Assembly: GCF_009914755.1 (NCBI RefSeq)
Contig: NC_060937.1
Length of the DNA: 64,000 nucleotides
Reading direction: 5' to 3' (one strand)
Source of the DNA: the human T2T-CHM13v2.0 reference genome, Homo sapiens
Each line of letters opens with the position of its first letter. The first letter of the stretch is position 1. The notes beneath the pieces were generated by a model. It had not been told where the DNA came from. It worked only from the letters and a program-made list of their open reading frames with translations, and made no database searches. This document shows, in pieces, positions 44,738-57,074 of this stretch. Position numbers and translations under genes: made by a program.

Positions 44738-45575
44738 CCATCAATAACAATGCAGGAATTCTACATACGTATTTTTTTAATCTTACTAAAGGAAACACCA
44801 ATTTTAAAAAGAAATAATTTAAGATGGTACTTAGGAGAGATCTTGAAACAACAATACTTCTATTAATAAATAATTATCTTTTTTGGTTATCCATTAAATG
44901 TTTTAGGAACATCTTCACTCCAATTCAACCCATTGTTTTTGTAGACAAGATTGAATTTTGCTGCACAATTCTCTATTTATGCATGAAAGCACTTCCAATT
45001 TGGTGGTGATAGTCCTGAACCTTTTCCATTTTGAATAAAAATAAAAAAAAATTGAGGGCAGTAACTGACCCAATAGCTTAGTAACTATCATGATTTTCTA
45101 CTATAGAGTTAAAAGCCCATTATCAAAATTGATGGGATAGGGAAGCCATTTGGATACTACCTCCGTATTTAAAAACAACAAGAAAAAACATTTTTTTCAA
45201 TGTATTCTAACCTTGAGAAATTAAAATAAAAATAAGCACATCATGATTTAGAGCAGAAATACTAGAACAGAGACAGAACTTATCCACCAAGTTAGAACCT
45301 TAGAATCTGAAATAGTTTAACTGAGAGGTCAAAAATCTGCTCTTCCATCTTCTAATGGGAGATCTCAGGCAGATGCAAGTATTTAGGTCAAATTACTTTT
45401 AAAAACTTGGGGCAAGTATTAATGCTCACCTATTTAGGTGTGCTAGATATTGTTGCTCAATATATAGTAAGGTCTAGCTATGGGCAGTAAAGATGTTCTG
45501 AACTTGATACTGGAGGTTTATGCAGATGTAGAAGTAAATAGGGTCAAGGTTGGGTATTTTCAAATAGAAATAGTG

Positions 45576-45706
45576 TGATGTTCCCCCCTTCCTGTGTCCA
45601 TGTGTTCTCATTGTTCAATTCCCACCTATGAGTGAGAACATGCGGTGTTTGGGGTAACTAAGCTGCACGTTGTGCACATGTACCCTAAAACTTAAAGTAT
45701 AATAAA
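45576..45706 (+). mobile_element. Miniature 5'-inverted young L1 (L1PA2/3-like), 3'UTR only
   Basis: Antisense 3'UTR piece 45576-45652 plus sense terminus 45654-45706; perfect 14-bp TSD aaatagaaatagtg (45562-45575 / 45707-45720). Confidence 0.95.
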
Positions 45707-46971
45707 AAATAGAAATAGTGACTGTAGATACTAATTTGTAGATCCATTGCCTTTGTCTGATTTTATAATTTCAATGAATACTATGTATAAGCAGTGTGTA
45801 ATGCCCCATCCATTTTAAGGAGCTGTCTGTTTGTACCTCAGTTCCAATTGGCCAACCTATTAGGAAACTGGAATTGTTCAAGGCAACCACAATAGTAAAC
45901 ATTGAAAAATACACAATTCCAGAGTTAAAATTCTTAACTCTGATTAAAGAAATGTTTGTAGCAAATGTTTTTATTCTCAGTAACTCTTTTTTTACCTGAC
46001 TTCTGACTACTATGCTAACCTGATACTTTTATGCTAGAAGATATTTCATATAGTTAGTTATGGTCCATTTGAAAGACCATTGATAGGTTGTTACTAGGCA
46101 TGGCCAAAAATACTCTCATCAATGAGGCAATGTCATCAGAAATTTTTAAGGGTAGAAATACTGATCATGTTCTGTGCAATGTTAGAGAGGTATTATTCAG
46201 GAGAGGGCAACTCAATGAAGTTTACTTGGAAAGTAGCAGTGGTGTATTCGAAAACCTCTAAGAGAAATAGCTGGCAAAAGGAACTGCCACATACACAGGT
46301 AGGTTACTTTACTGTCATTGGGGCCGAATATAGGGCAACCAGAAACCTTCCTGCCACCCTTACTACATGGTCTGAACATTATGTTTCTTTGTCAGTAGAA
46401 ACAAAACACTGCCCATTTAACTAATAGGAATGCCTGAATTAAGAGTCACTGATTGGCTGGCTGAGAGGCTAAGTTGGAAACAATTTCACACTGAGTCCTC
46501 AACTTATACAGGTTCCACCTGAAAGGCTTCCATAATCTTAAATTACACTTTCTTTTCAGAAACACAATGCGTGATCATAGAATTGTACTTCTATGTGGAA
46601 GACAGAAATTAAAGTGTTTCCTTTCCTAAAACATTGTGAACTATAATTTGGGAATGATCATAAGAGAAATTGAATTATTTTAGGAAACATCATCTTTTGC
46701 TCCTGTAGTCCTAAGATGACTGTAAAGATCTCTCTAAGGACCATTCTTGGTTAATTGGTGGGGTTTCTATAGGGATTACTATATTTATAGTGTGTATTTT
46801 ATAGGAAGTAATCCCTACAATGGAAGTCATGTAATTGGACTTTAAATGCTGTACTGAACAAACTAAATGTATTTGGTTCCATCTCTGTCACAAAAATTAG
46901 AATGGACAATAAAGTGGCGTACTCAAAAAATTATCCAGAAGTAAAGACAGTGTAGAAAGAAAAAGTGAATA

Positions 46972-47460
46972 TTTTGGGGAGAAAATTTTCAGTGGGCCTC
47001 TCTTGTGTCTGCTGCTTTGCAAGTAAGGAACCAGCTGCATTTTGTTCTGGGAAATCTTTATAAGAATGTTCGTGTAGGGATGTAGGGAACTGCCTAGGAA
47101 GATAGTGTCTCCTTCAGGAACAAAGAAAACATTTGCTTACAGCTTGGAAGATAAGAGATCATCTATCCCTTTGGAATAAAGAGCAGAAATATTTACACAC
47201 GAAATATTCAGATTGCCTAAAATCATAATTCCTTTTATTTAAAAATTCCCCTCTGCATCGGCATGTGTCTGCTGGATCTCCTTCCAATCATTCTATACAA
47301 CCCCTGATACTCAGGTTTTTGCTCTCACTGGGAGTAAAAATATTTCCTTCTGTCTCTGACCAAGGAATCTTATATCTTCTACCAGGATCCATGAAATTTT
47401 GGCAGGCATAAGTGTTTGTTGCAAATAGTGCAAAATCTCAGATTATTCCAGATCGGTACA
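46972..47460 (+). mobile_element. LTR40-like (ERVL) solo LTR
   Basis: 'gaagatagtgtctccttcaggaacaaag', 'tgtctctgaccaaggaatct...atccatgaaattttggcaggc...aaaatctcaga'. Confidence 0.72.
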
Positions 47461-50400
47461 ACTAAAAATTCCATCTGGATAATTCAGATAAAAAATGGCA
47501 CCCTTTCACCATGACACGCCATTGTCTCAATTGACCAATATACAACTACAGTTACCATTAAGTTCATGATTTATAGGCTATAAGTTAATAGATTAATTGG
47601 ATAATTATCGTAATTGAACATTATACCACTGGCAATGGCAACAGCTTTCTTAAACCATCACACAGAAAGAACTATTGGTATTCTAAATAGTATGCAACAA
47701 ATATATTTAAAAGGTAGGATTGCTAGAGGTACAGAAGCTGATGATGATTAATGGAAACACTACAGTAAGTCTCAGGGCAGAACATCTCTGAAAAATGTAG
47801 TCTTCATATTTAATATAGAATTAGCTGATTAACATAATTAAAAATGGAATTTGACTTTCTGTAGCAACTGGCTGGCAGTGGATAGAGGAAGAAAAAACAT
47901 CATCAAGTTGTTGTGATAGGAGTGGATGAATAGTGACCAACATGACACCTGGAAATCAGTATCTATGGAATCCTGTAGAAGATACCTGAAATATGCTTAC
48001 ATTCACAAACCAGTACAACCTAAACTTGCTGGTCAGTATCATGTGGTCAAAGGATCTGTCACTGGCAATATGCGGTACATGATCAAAGTTTACTTCTGCT
48101 GCAAAGAATTGAAGAACGGTACTGTAATTTTAATTGATGTATGGCATGTAAAACATTGCTTTGCTTTCTGCTACATGTGTGTTATAACCAAAAGGTTATA
48201 ATTTTATTGTCAAAATTAAATGTAATTCAGACTTATGTACAGCATGAACCATAGAATGAGTGAATATTTCTGGAAGCTTATTTAAAGCCTCTAATTAATG
48301 TAATACTTATGAAGAGTTACTGGCTAGAAAAAGACATTTGGCTTTTAAAATACCACATGCCCTATTATAATCTTACAAATATTCAAATGCCTATGAATAA
48401 AAACAAAAAAAATTGAGCTAGAAATACACAATTAAAAGGCCTTAGAAGGAACACAGTTATTAATAAAAATATTACAGCAATAACTCCTGAACCCCATTTT
48501 ATGTTTCAAGTCCAGATGGTCATTGAGGTGTGAAGTATCTTTTTTTGAATAAAATTTTGAGGAAATTTTAAGACACATTAAAAACACAACCAAGACATAT
48601 GTGTCAAAGAGATACTGACAGAGCTTAGAAAGTGTCTCCAGAAGAAAAGAGTTATCCAGAGACCTATAATCCATTCCGATCAAATCTCCTGAAAGATATG
48701 CTAGTAAAAGAGATTTAATAAATATACTATTTACTAATAGAATGTAGATTATTTGACTAGAAGTTCTTATGACAAACTTGTAATCCATAGATTTTGGAGA
48801 CAAGGGAATATAGCTTCCTGTAACATGTCATGAAAGCTTTGGTATGTAAAATAAGCTTTTTTCTTGATGAAAATGGCTTTCTTTTATGTAAACAATAATA
48901 ACATCTAGCACTTAGGAAACTCATATATCATATACAGCTGGACATCACTGTTTCCTAATGAGGCTGGAAGGAAAATAGGAAAAAATATCTGTAGCTCTAG
49001 ACTTGCCATTTCACCTGTGCTTCACAACTACTTCTACTTTGAAAGTAATATTAAAGTTTGATATTGGGTAAGATCTGAGATTCCTGTATCTGACTTGATG
49101 ATATGATATTTTCTGTTATCTCAATATACATACATCTCAATGTATAATTTTTTGAAAGGCATACACGTTACCTGAATGATACAAGTTTCCATTGGAGTTT
49201 TGTTTCATTGTGTTTTGTTTTTTATCAAGGGAAAATAAAGAGGGAGAAATAAACTGTCATTACTCAAGGAGAGCATGCACAATACAACTTTCCAGCTCTA
49301 ATTCCAAAGTTTGATTTCTCTTATTTGAAGCTCGTGATATTTTGTTTGCTCAAAAATGGGAAGGATGGGGTGGTTAACAGACTTCTTGTTGGAATTATTT
49401 AACAGACTTATGTAATTTCCTGAGTCTGTTTTCTTTTCCATGTTTCAATTGTGTGATGGGAAAGTGAGTCATTTTTCTAAGGACTAAAATACAATATAAG
49501 AATAAACTTTATAAACCCAAAGAGTTTGAAGACAAGAATATCTGACCAAAAATAGACACATTTCCCCTTCATTGTTGTCATCTGCAAACACCCAAGACAT
49601 TTTTCTACTTATGAGGTTCTTGAGTCTTGGTTCACACTATTTCTTTCTATCCCTTTTCCTCCATGAGATCCATATCCATATGGAAAATTTGCCCATAATT
49701 CTGGTCTCCAAATTTGTGTAGCCCATCAACAAAATTATACTTTATTTTCCACCTTTATCCCCCAATCTCATAGACAAACTTTTCAACCTGTCAGTATAAT
49801 AAATAGCATAATTTCTGAAATATCTAATTCAAGTATCCTGTGATTTGAAACACCCTCCTATATTTCTTGTTCACTTAAGTGGTAACACTTTCAAAATCTC
49901 TATCATTCCAAGACACTAAAAGTTTTAAAAGAAAATGGTGCTTTCATAGATTTGGTGCTAAAACTCACTTTGTGGTAAAACCTGACATGATTGACTTCAT
50001 TCATCACGTTTTTATGGTCATTATTTTTCTTATTTGATGTGACTATGCATTTGTTCAGAGCAGAAAAAGAATCATATTTAATTAGCAGGTTCTTCTCCAA
50101 TCCTTCTTGGAGATGTTCCATAAAAAACTTAATTATTTAAGTCTAAATCATGCTGAATTATGAAACAAATTTGGTTCCAAGGATTTCAGACAAGTGATTG
50201 TATACCAGGAATACAATATTTATTTGAACTCGCCAAGACTTAAAATCCTGCGTTCAGCTACTTTTTATCTTATTATCACCATACATCATCTTTCATGCCT
50301 CCTGTTTAGAATAACAAGTCCATCATTACAAGAAAAAGTTGCAAACACAAGGAATGTTTTCTTCTCTTATTAACAAAACAAAACAGATAACTTGTCTGTG

Positions 50401-50739
50401 TTTTTCCTGGGTGCATCTCTGCAGTTGAAATATCATGACCACCAGTCCTCTTTAAATTCATCTCAAGAGAGGAAACCACAGACACTCAGCTTGCCTTCTA
50501 GCAATGGTAAATTCCTTAAGCTAAGTGTTTCCTAATTGCTTTATTCTCCTTTGAACTCACTCAGTTTCTCTCCTGTTGCTCATGATGGATAATCAGATGT
50601 GCTTACCTCCACCGATTTATTATCCAGCCAATTGAAAGGCTCAAATAGAAAATGTCATGCTTCTCCCCGACCAAACCATGAATTTTGTCTTCAGTTCCTC
50701 ACTCTCATTCAATTTCAATTTTTTAACAATGCATAATAA

Positions 50740-50905
50740 CCTGAAATTCTCCTACTTACTTGTTAATTTGACTGTTGTCTGTCTTCATTACAGCTGGATT
50801 AGAAACTACAATAAAGAAAAAAAAAAAAAAAGTTTCAGCCTTATTCCTTCTGAAGTTTCCAGGTCTAGAATAGTTCTTGTAACAGAGTAGGTGCTTAATT
50901 TAATA
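50740..50905 (+). mobile_element. L2 3' end fragment
   Basis: 'ccaggtctagaatagttcttgtaacagagtaggtgcttaat' resembles the L2 terminus. Confidence 0.55.
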
Positions 50906-51465
50906 ATATAATTTAACCTTAAAATCCTGTTTTATTACAATCTACTTAAAGTGGACTCCTAGTTGTGGGTGAATGAGTCTAATTTAAAATAAAGAGATAA
51001 AGTTTCTTTTTTTTTTTCTGTGCCAACAATCTTAAAATACAAATTTAAAACTGTGCCTTCAGTTTTGCTTCTCCTTAAATACAAAATTGGCGCTTGATAA
51101 AATAAGTTATATTTACTTTTCTTGGAAGCATTTCCGTTTGAATTATGTTGAATTACCTGAATCAACAGAGCATTTTCAAGATATAAAAATTTTAAAAAAT
51201 TAGATGTATTTCTCATTGCCAGATTAAAATTCTCTTTATTACTTTAACACTTTATGAGCTTGTCAGGTATAGAATTTGGTTCTATCTGATCTGAAAGTTA
51301 ATTACTGTTTATGTGAGAAAGTTGATTCACCTAATATTTCTTTGCACAAATTTGCTAGTTTTAGATTCGAGACTTCAAGTGTAAAAATAAAGTCGTTAAG
51401 TACATTAAGGACAATATGTTTTTCAAGGGTCCTTCCAGATGCTTGTTTTTGTGATTATATTCGTT

Positions 51466-51550
51466 AAAGAAGAAAGGAAAGAAACAAGAGAAGAAGAAAA
51501 AAATGAGAAGAAAGAGGAGAAAGAAAAGAAGAGTGAGCAGGAGGAAAGAC
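51466..51550. repeat. GA-rich polypurine low-complexity tract
   Basis: About 85 nt almost entirely A/G. Confidence 0.85.
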
Positions 51551-53179
51551 GAAGTAGGTGCTAGAGAAACTAAAGGTGCATAGTCTCCAGCATTAGCTTG
51601 TGTACTGTAACACCACAATCATGAAGTTTTATCTCATAGCCTCTTTATATACTGCTGTTGGAATATATGAGCCTTTAAACACATTTTAGAAGGTTTTGTT
51701 AGCTCCCTAGATGCTGAATTAAGGGCCGGCACAATTTTGCATTGCATAAAACTGCCACCCAGGGCTCCAGATCCTTCTTTTAGTGTCCTTTTCCTCAGTC
51801 AGTGTCTCACATTTCCTGCTTATTCCCTCTCTCCCAGTACTTGACTGTGCTTATTACTGATTCACACTTTAGATTCAAAGTGGTTTTTTTTCCCATTCTC
51901 TTAACAAAACTGTGCTTTTCTCAATAACTGTAAGCCTTATACTAAGATAAAGCCTCGGAGTAAAGTTGTTCTAATTTCTTTGACCAAGCCTGGGGAAATG
52001 GAAGGAGAAAATAGAAAATTCAAAAGTTGCTCCCCCCCACCGCCCGATATAACCAGTTTCTTGACCAAAAAAATAGCAAGGTTGGGAATTCATATTTTTG
52101 CATAAGAAGCTATCATGCAATCAGGGATCATATAGAAAGTAAGCCGTTACAACACAGAATCGTATCTATTTCTTGGAACAAGAAATAGAAGAAACTGTAA
52201 AAGGGCACTGCAGATGGTCCCTTGTCAATTTCTAGCTACCAACAACCACGGCAGCAATTATAACATTTAAAATAGTGATTCCTTATAATTTACTCTATCA
52301 TAGTAGTCTCCCCTGGAAGCACCCACACTTTTATCAGAACACAATAATTAGGCCTGCTTGGGCCTTTACCATATATTTCATTACACTTGAGTATACAATG
52401 CGTGAAGCACTCATCTGCCATCTTCACTGTAATGTGTGCTTTAACATCAGTGAGCATTTTTACCCTAAAGACAGTCAACATGTGTGTTTTGACTAAGTAT
52501 CAAAACTTTTCTGAGTGTTTATCAGTTATCAGTTCTTCTCACAAATAATATTCTAAACAGTAAAACACCTGCCACAAAACATCTTGGACATTTGTAAAAT
52601 TGCCCGAAGCTTAGGCTTACAAATTAAATAATAAAATCAGGCCTTGTAAATTACTGAGTACAAAGGCAGAGCGTGGGATTGTGGACAAATGTGATATTTT
52701 GAGCTATTATACCCTTTATATAAGTTCACCAACGTAATTTGATTTTACAAAGTAGGGATTTTATTGTTAGTAATGAATGAATTGACTCTCAGAGAGTTGA
52801 CATCTAAATTGGAGTTCAATTCTTCAGATAACTTCCTGGAATAACCAATAGTAGTTCGAAGTAAAGTACTGAGACAAATTGAGATAAATTCATCAAAAGG
52901 AAAATAGATTGTAAACAACTAAAGTTACTTTAAGAACTTTGATTAGGACTACCAAAACAGAAGTTCAACATTCCTAAAATTGTAGGTTAAATTGTAAAGA
53001 TTTGGTTGGTAAAATTATTTAAGCAGGACCAATAATTGGAGGAGTAATCAAAAATTATCTTTATCACTTCAGAATGATACTACAATGAGAGAATTTTCTA
53101 AAAAAATAAAAAAAACAAAAAAACATGGTGTCTGTGGCATCCATTCCTGTTTTGTGGTATTTTTATGTTAAATTCAGAG

Positions 53180-53894
53180 AGAAAACTGTCTTATAATGAA
53201 GACTGAAAAGCATAATCAGTGAAGATAAAATCTGTAAATGCATGGGTAAATCTAAACAATTGTTGACACAAAAACTGAAATGTCCTCACTGTATTGATGA
53301 CTTTTAGATAAAATAAGAGTAGTGGATAATAAATTTTTGTTATTGAGAAATGTTTAAAGGTTTAAATATAGTGTGTTAAGGACATTGCATTATTTGAAAA
53401 GAAGTTGGATAAATTTACTTCAAATTTTAGTGAAATATAATTTTTAATAGCTATTTAGAGAAATTAAGTACAAAACTTCAAAATGATAGAAGAAACATGT
53501 AATCGGCATGTAGTATATATGACTGAAGAGAAAAAATAAAAACACTGAAATATAATATGGGGTAAATAAATCTTAACATATAATATTTCCATATTAATAA
53601 AAATGCTTAGAACTGAATAATAATGCAAACGTTACTGATATAGATTGTGGGATGCTGATCAAATGATACTTAGAAGAATATTTATCCTTTTAAAATCTTG
53701 TATATGAAAAAAATGTATTGCATTTAGTTACATTTGAACAGTATATAGGCTAAAATAATATGAAATAGGAATATCATTTGAAGAGATACAAGAATGATGC
53801 AAGGACCTTATAAATAGTTTATTGAAAAATTGCTGAAACAGGAAACAAATATTTAATAGAGATGAACAGCAAAGCCAAAAGACGGTTCTTTGAG
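53180..53894 (+). mobile_element. Ancient L1ME remnant (inter-ORF region and ORF2 5' part)
   Basis: 'gggtaaatctaaacaattgttgac'; 'aaagccaaaagacggttctttgag'. Confidence 0.55.
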
Positions 53895-54156
53895 TAGAAA
53901 AGAGCAGCGAACATTTGCGGCAGCAGTTTTATGTTGTCAATGTCAGGTTAGTTTTTGCTAATATTCCTTTGGAGTTCTATGTGATGTGATGAAAACATTT
54001 TATGTTCTTCCATTATTTGTGCTATATAATTTAGACTGACGTAATTCATCACTTTATATATTCTTCCCCTCTACACACCTTCTGAATCACGGTAGGTGGT
54101 AACTTTTCTTACCTTTTTATATTGTGGAGAGTACTCAAAAAAAAAAAAAAAAAAGA

Positions 54157-55043
54157 TGGCTGGATCATAGGGCAGTTCTGTTTTTAATGTTTTGAGAAAC
54201 CTCCATAATGACTGTACTAGTTTACATTTCTACCAACAGTGGGCAAGAGTTTGTTTTCAACACATCTTTACCAACACTTGTTATCTTTTGTCTTGTTTAA
54301 TAATAACCAATGTGAGGTGATATATCTGATTATGGTTTTAATTTGCATTTCCTTGATTAGTAATGTTGAGAATTTTTTCTTATTCCTCCTGTATGTCTTC
54401 TAAAGGAAATAAAACGAATACGTTGAAGGGATACCTGCACACTCATATTCATGGCAGCATTATTCACAATAGCCAAGATATTAAATCAGTCTAAGCATCC
54501 AAGAAGGAAATCCCATCATTTTTGGCAACATGGATTAATCTGGAAAACCTTATATTAAGTTAAATAAGCCAGCCATAGAAAGACACATACCACAAGATCT
54601 CACTTAAATGTGGAATCTAAAAAAGTCAAACTCACAGAAGCAGAAGTAGAACTGGTGGTTAAAAGGGAGTTGGCCAATGGGTGGGTGGGTGGTTGGGGCA
54701 GACTGAGGAGATGAAGGTCAAAGAATACAAATTTTCACTTAGGCAGAAATAATAAGTTTAAGAGAGCTATTGTACAACATGGAAGCTATAGTTAATAACA
54801 ATGGATCAGGTACTCAAAAATAACTAACAGAGTTAATGTTAAATGTTCTCACCACAAAAACATAATAAGTATTTGAGGTAATGCCTGGCCTGTGATAATT
54901 AGTTTGATTTGGTCCTTCCACAATGTATGTATGTATGTATATGTACGTATGTATGTATATGTGTGTGTGTGTGTATAAATCTCAAAATGCCTTATTGTAT
55001 GTGATAAATATATAAAATTTTTGAGAATTTTAAAATAATTAAA
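54157..55043 (+). mobile_element. L1MA-type 3' element with an inverted 5' part (54157-54400 antisense, 54401-55043 sense)
   Basis: Antisense 'gctggatcatagggcagttc...gtatgtcttc' joined to sense 'ctaaaggaaataaaa...'; the breakpoints lie close together in the L1 consensus; TSD-like aaaaagatg / aaaaggatg. Confidence 0.8.
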
Positions 55044-55064
55044 TACACACATATAAAAAGGATG

Positions 55065-56080
55065 AAAACAAAAAATCACGTATATTTTATTAGAAAGGAG
55101 AGCATAAAATAAGTAGATATACCTTGATTATAAGATTTTAATTATTAAATTTCTCTAGTATTAGCACAAAGATTGACATATCAAGTAATAGAGCAGTGGA
55201 GAACCAGACTCAGTCTTTCTATATGACAAGTTAAAGATTGGTCAATTACACAAATAGCACTAATAAAAGTCAATAATATGGATCAAAATATATCACAATC
55301 TTAAGCAATACATAAAAAATTAATTCAAGATGAATTAAAGACATACTTGAAAAGAAAATCTGTATACATTTTTAGAGTAGTAGGGTGTTATGTTTATGCT
55401 TTGAAGATTATAAAAAATGTATTTAAAATCAACACAAATCAAGAAATAAATGATAAATTAGAATACATCAACATTTAAAATTTTTGCTCCCAAAAAGATG
55501 TCCTAATCTGCAAGAAAGTATTTAACACATAGACTAGATTATTAGTCATAAAATTCAGAAAAATACACAAATCAAAGAAAAATAAAAAAATTCCACATTT
55601 GTTTATACATTTAAGAGAATAATCTCACCCAAAACAAGAATAAATCCCTATTTCCAAAAAGAAAATTTGGGAAAACAGCCTAATATTTAAACATTTTTGT
55701 AAATAAATATTGTAAAATAGTAATCCACAATGAAACTGAATAAACTGAAGCTACATATAACAAAAGTATCAATCAATGTTCAACTAAATCAATATTGAAT
55801 TGAAAAAGCCGGTGGAAGAAGACACACAGATGAAATGTGTAGAAAGTAAAAAGTGTAAAGCATGCTTAGGCAAGAGATATAAATTTTTTAAAGTTACAGG
55901 AATGATTTAAAGAAAATCCAGGATAGTGGTTACATTAGAGGTGGAGAGGGATGTTATCAGTTAAGGTAAACAAGAACTTCAAATGCACATATTTAGTGTA
56001 ATACTAAAATGTGGATATCAGTGCATTAATATTTAATGCATTATTCTTTTTGAATATTTAAAATATTGCATGATAAATTT
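55065..56080 (+). mobile_element. Ancient L1ME fragments including a 3' end
   Basis: 'aattaattcaagatgaattaaagac', 'aaatccaggatagtggttac'. Confidence 0.55.
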
Positions 56081-57074
56081 TAGCTGGACTAATACTTTAT
56101 ATCTTCTTAGGTTATTCTGAGAATTAGTGGTTATATAAGTAGGCATAAAGCATGGTATATGGTACAATCAAAATATTTTTATTGTTATTGAAATTATGAT
56201 GTTTACAGTTGTTTAGGAAGACTTCCTAGTGAATGGACTCTTATGATAGCCCATTTCAAAACCCGTGTATGACAAATTATATTTAAATATTTAAATATAA
56301 TTTAAAAACACTTTTCTCATCAATATACAATTTCATTGCAATTTCAGATTATAGTAATAAACTTATTTAAATAATGATGTTAATATTACATTTAAGAAAA
56401 CCTGTGTTTCTATTTGCTTTAAAGATTATTATTTGAATTTGATTTCAATTTAATTTTCAATCCTTAAAGTTGATAATATGTAGACTTTATTGATCTCTTT
56501 ATTATGTTCTGCTTTCAAGTTAGAAGGTGAAAAACAATAGAAAAAATGTAATTAATGAAAGGATTTATGTGAAAGAAAAACTATGAAGAGCTAAAATACA
56601 ATATAAATATGATTATAGTGAAGGAAGAATGTCATTATATTAAATAGACAGTACAATTTGTTTTTTTTCTTTTGTGGGTTTCTTGTACATGTGCCTTAAT
56701 GTTTCATATGTTTCCTGTAAAAAGGAATCAGTGGAGAAAACATCACATAATTAGGATTTATAACCTATGGAACTAAAGACATTCAAACTATAGTTATAGT
56801 CTTCCATTATGGTTCCACAAACCAAAATCAAGGCAGAACCAAAGAACTCTTCTGTGTAATGACCAAGTGAAGGGATATACGTAGACAAGACAAGGCCATT
56901 TCAGAAAATAAATAAATAAATAAATAACAGTAAAATAGAAGCAATCTATCAAAATAATTTTTATGTACTGAACATTGGCTTGGAAACAACATGGACAATC
57001 AAGTTCATAGACAGACAATAATGTGCCAAAATTATTAAAACTCAGATAAATTGAACATCTTCTGGCCCCTTTAG

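Noticed and set aside
51700-52050. Slightly GC-richer unique patch that could be regulatory
   Set aside because: No CpG island or motif cluster strong enough to support a call from sequence alone
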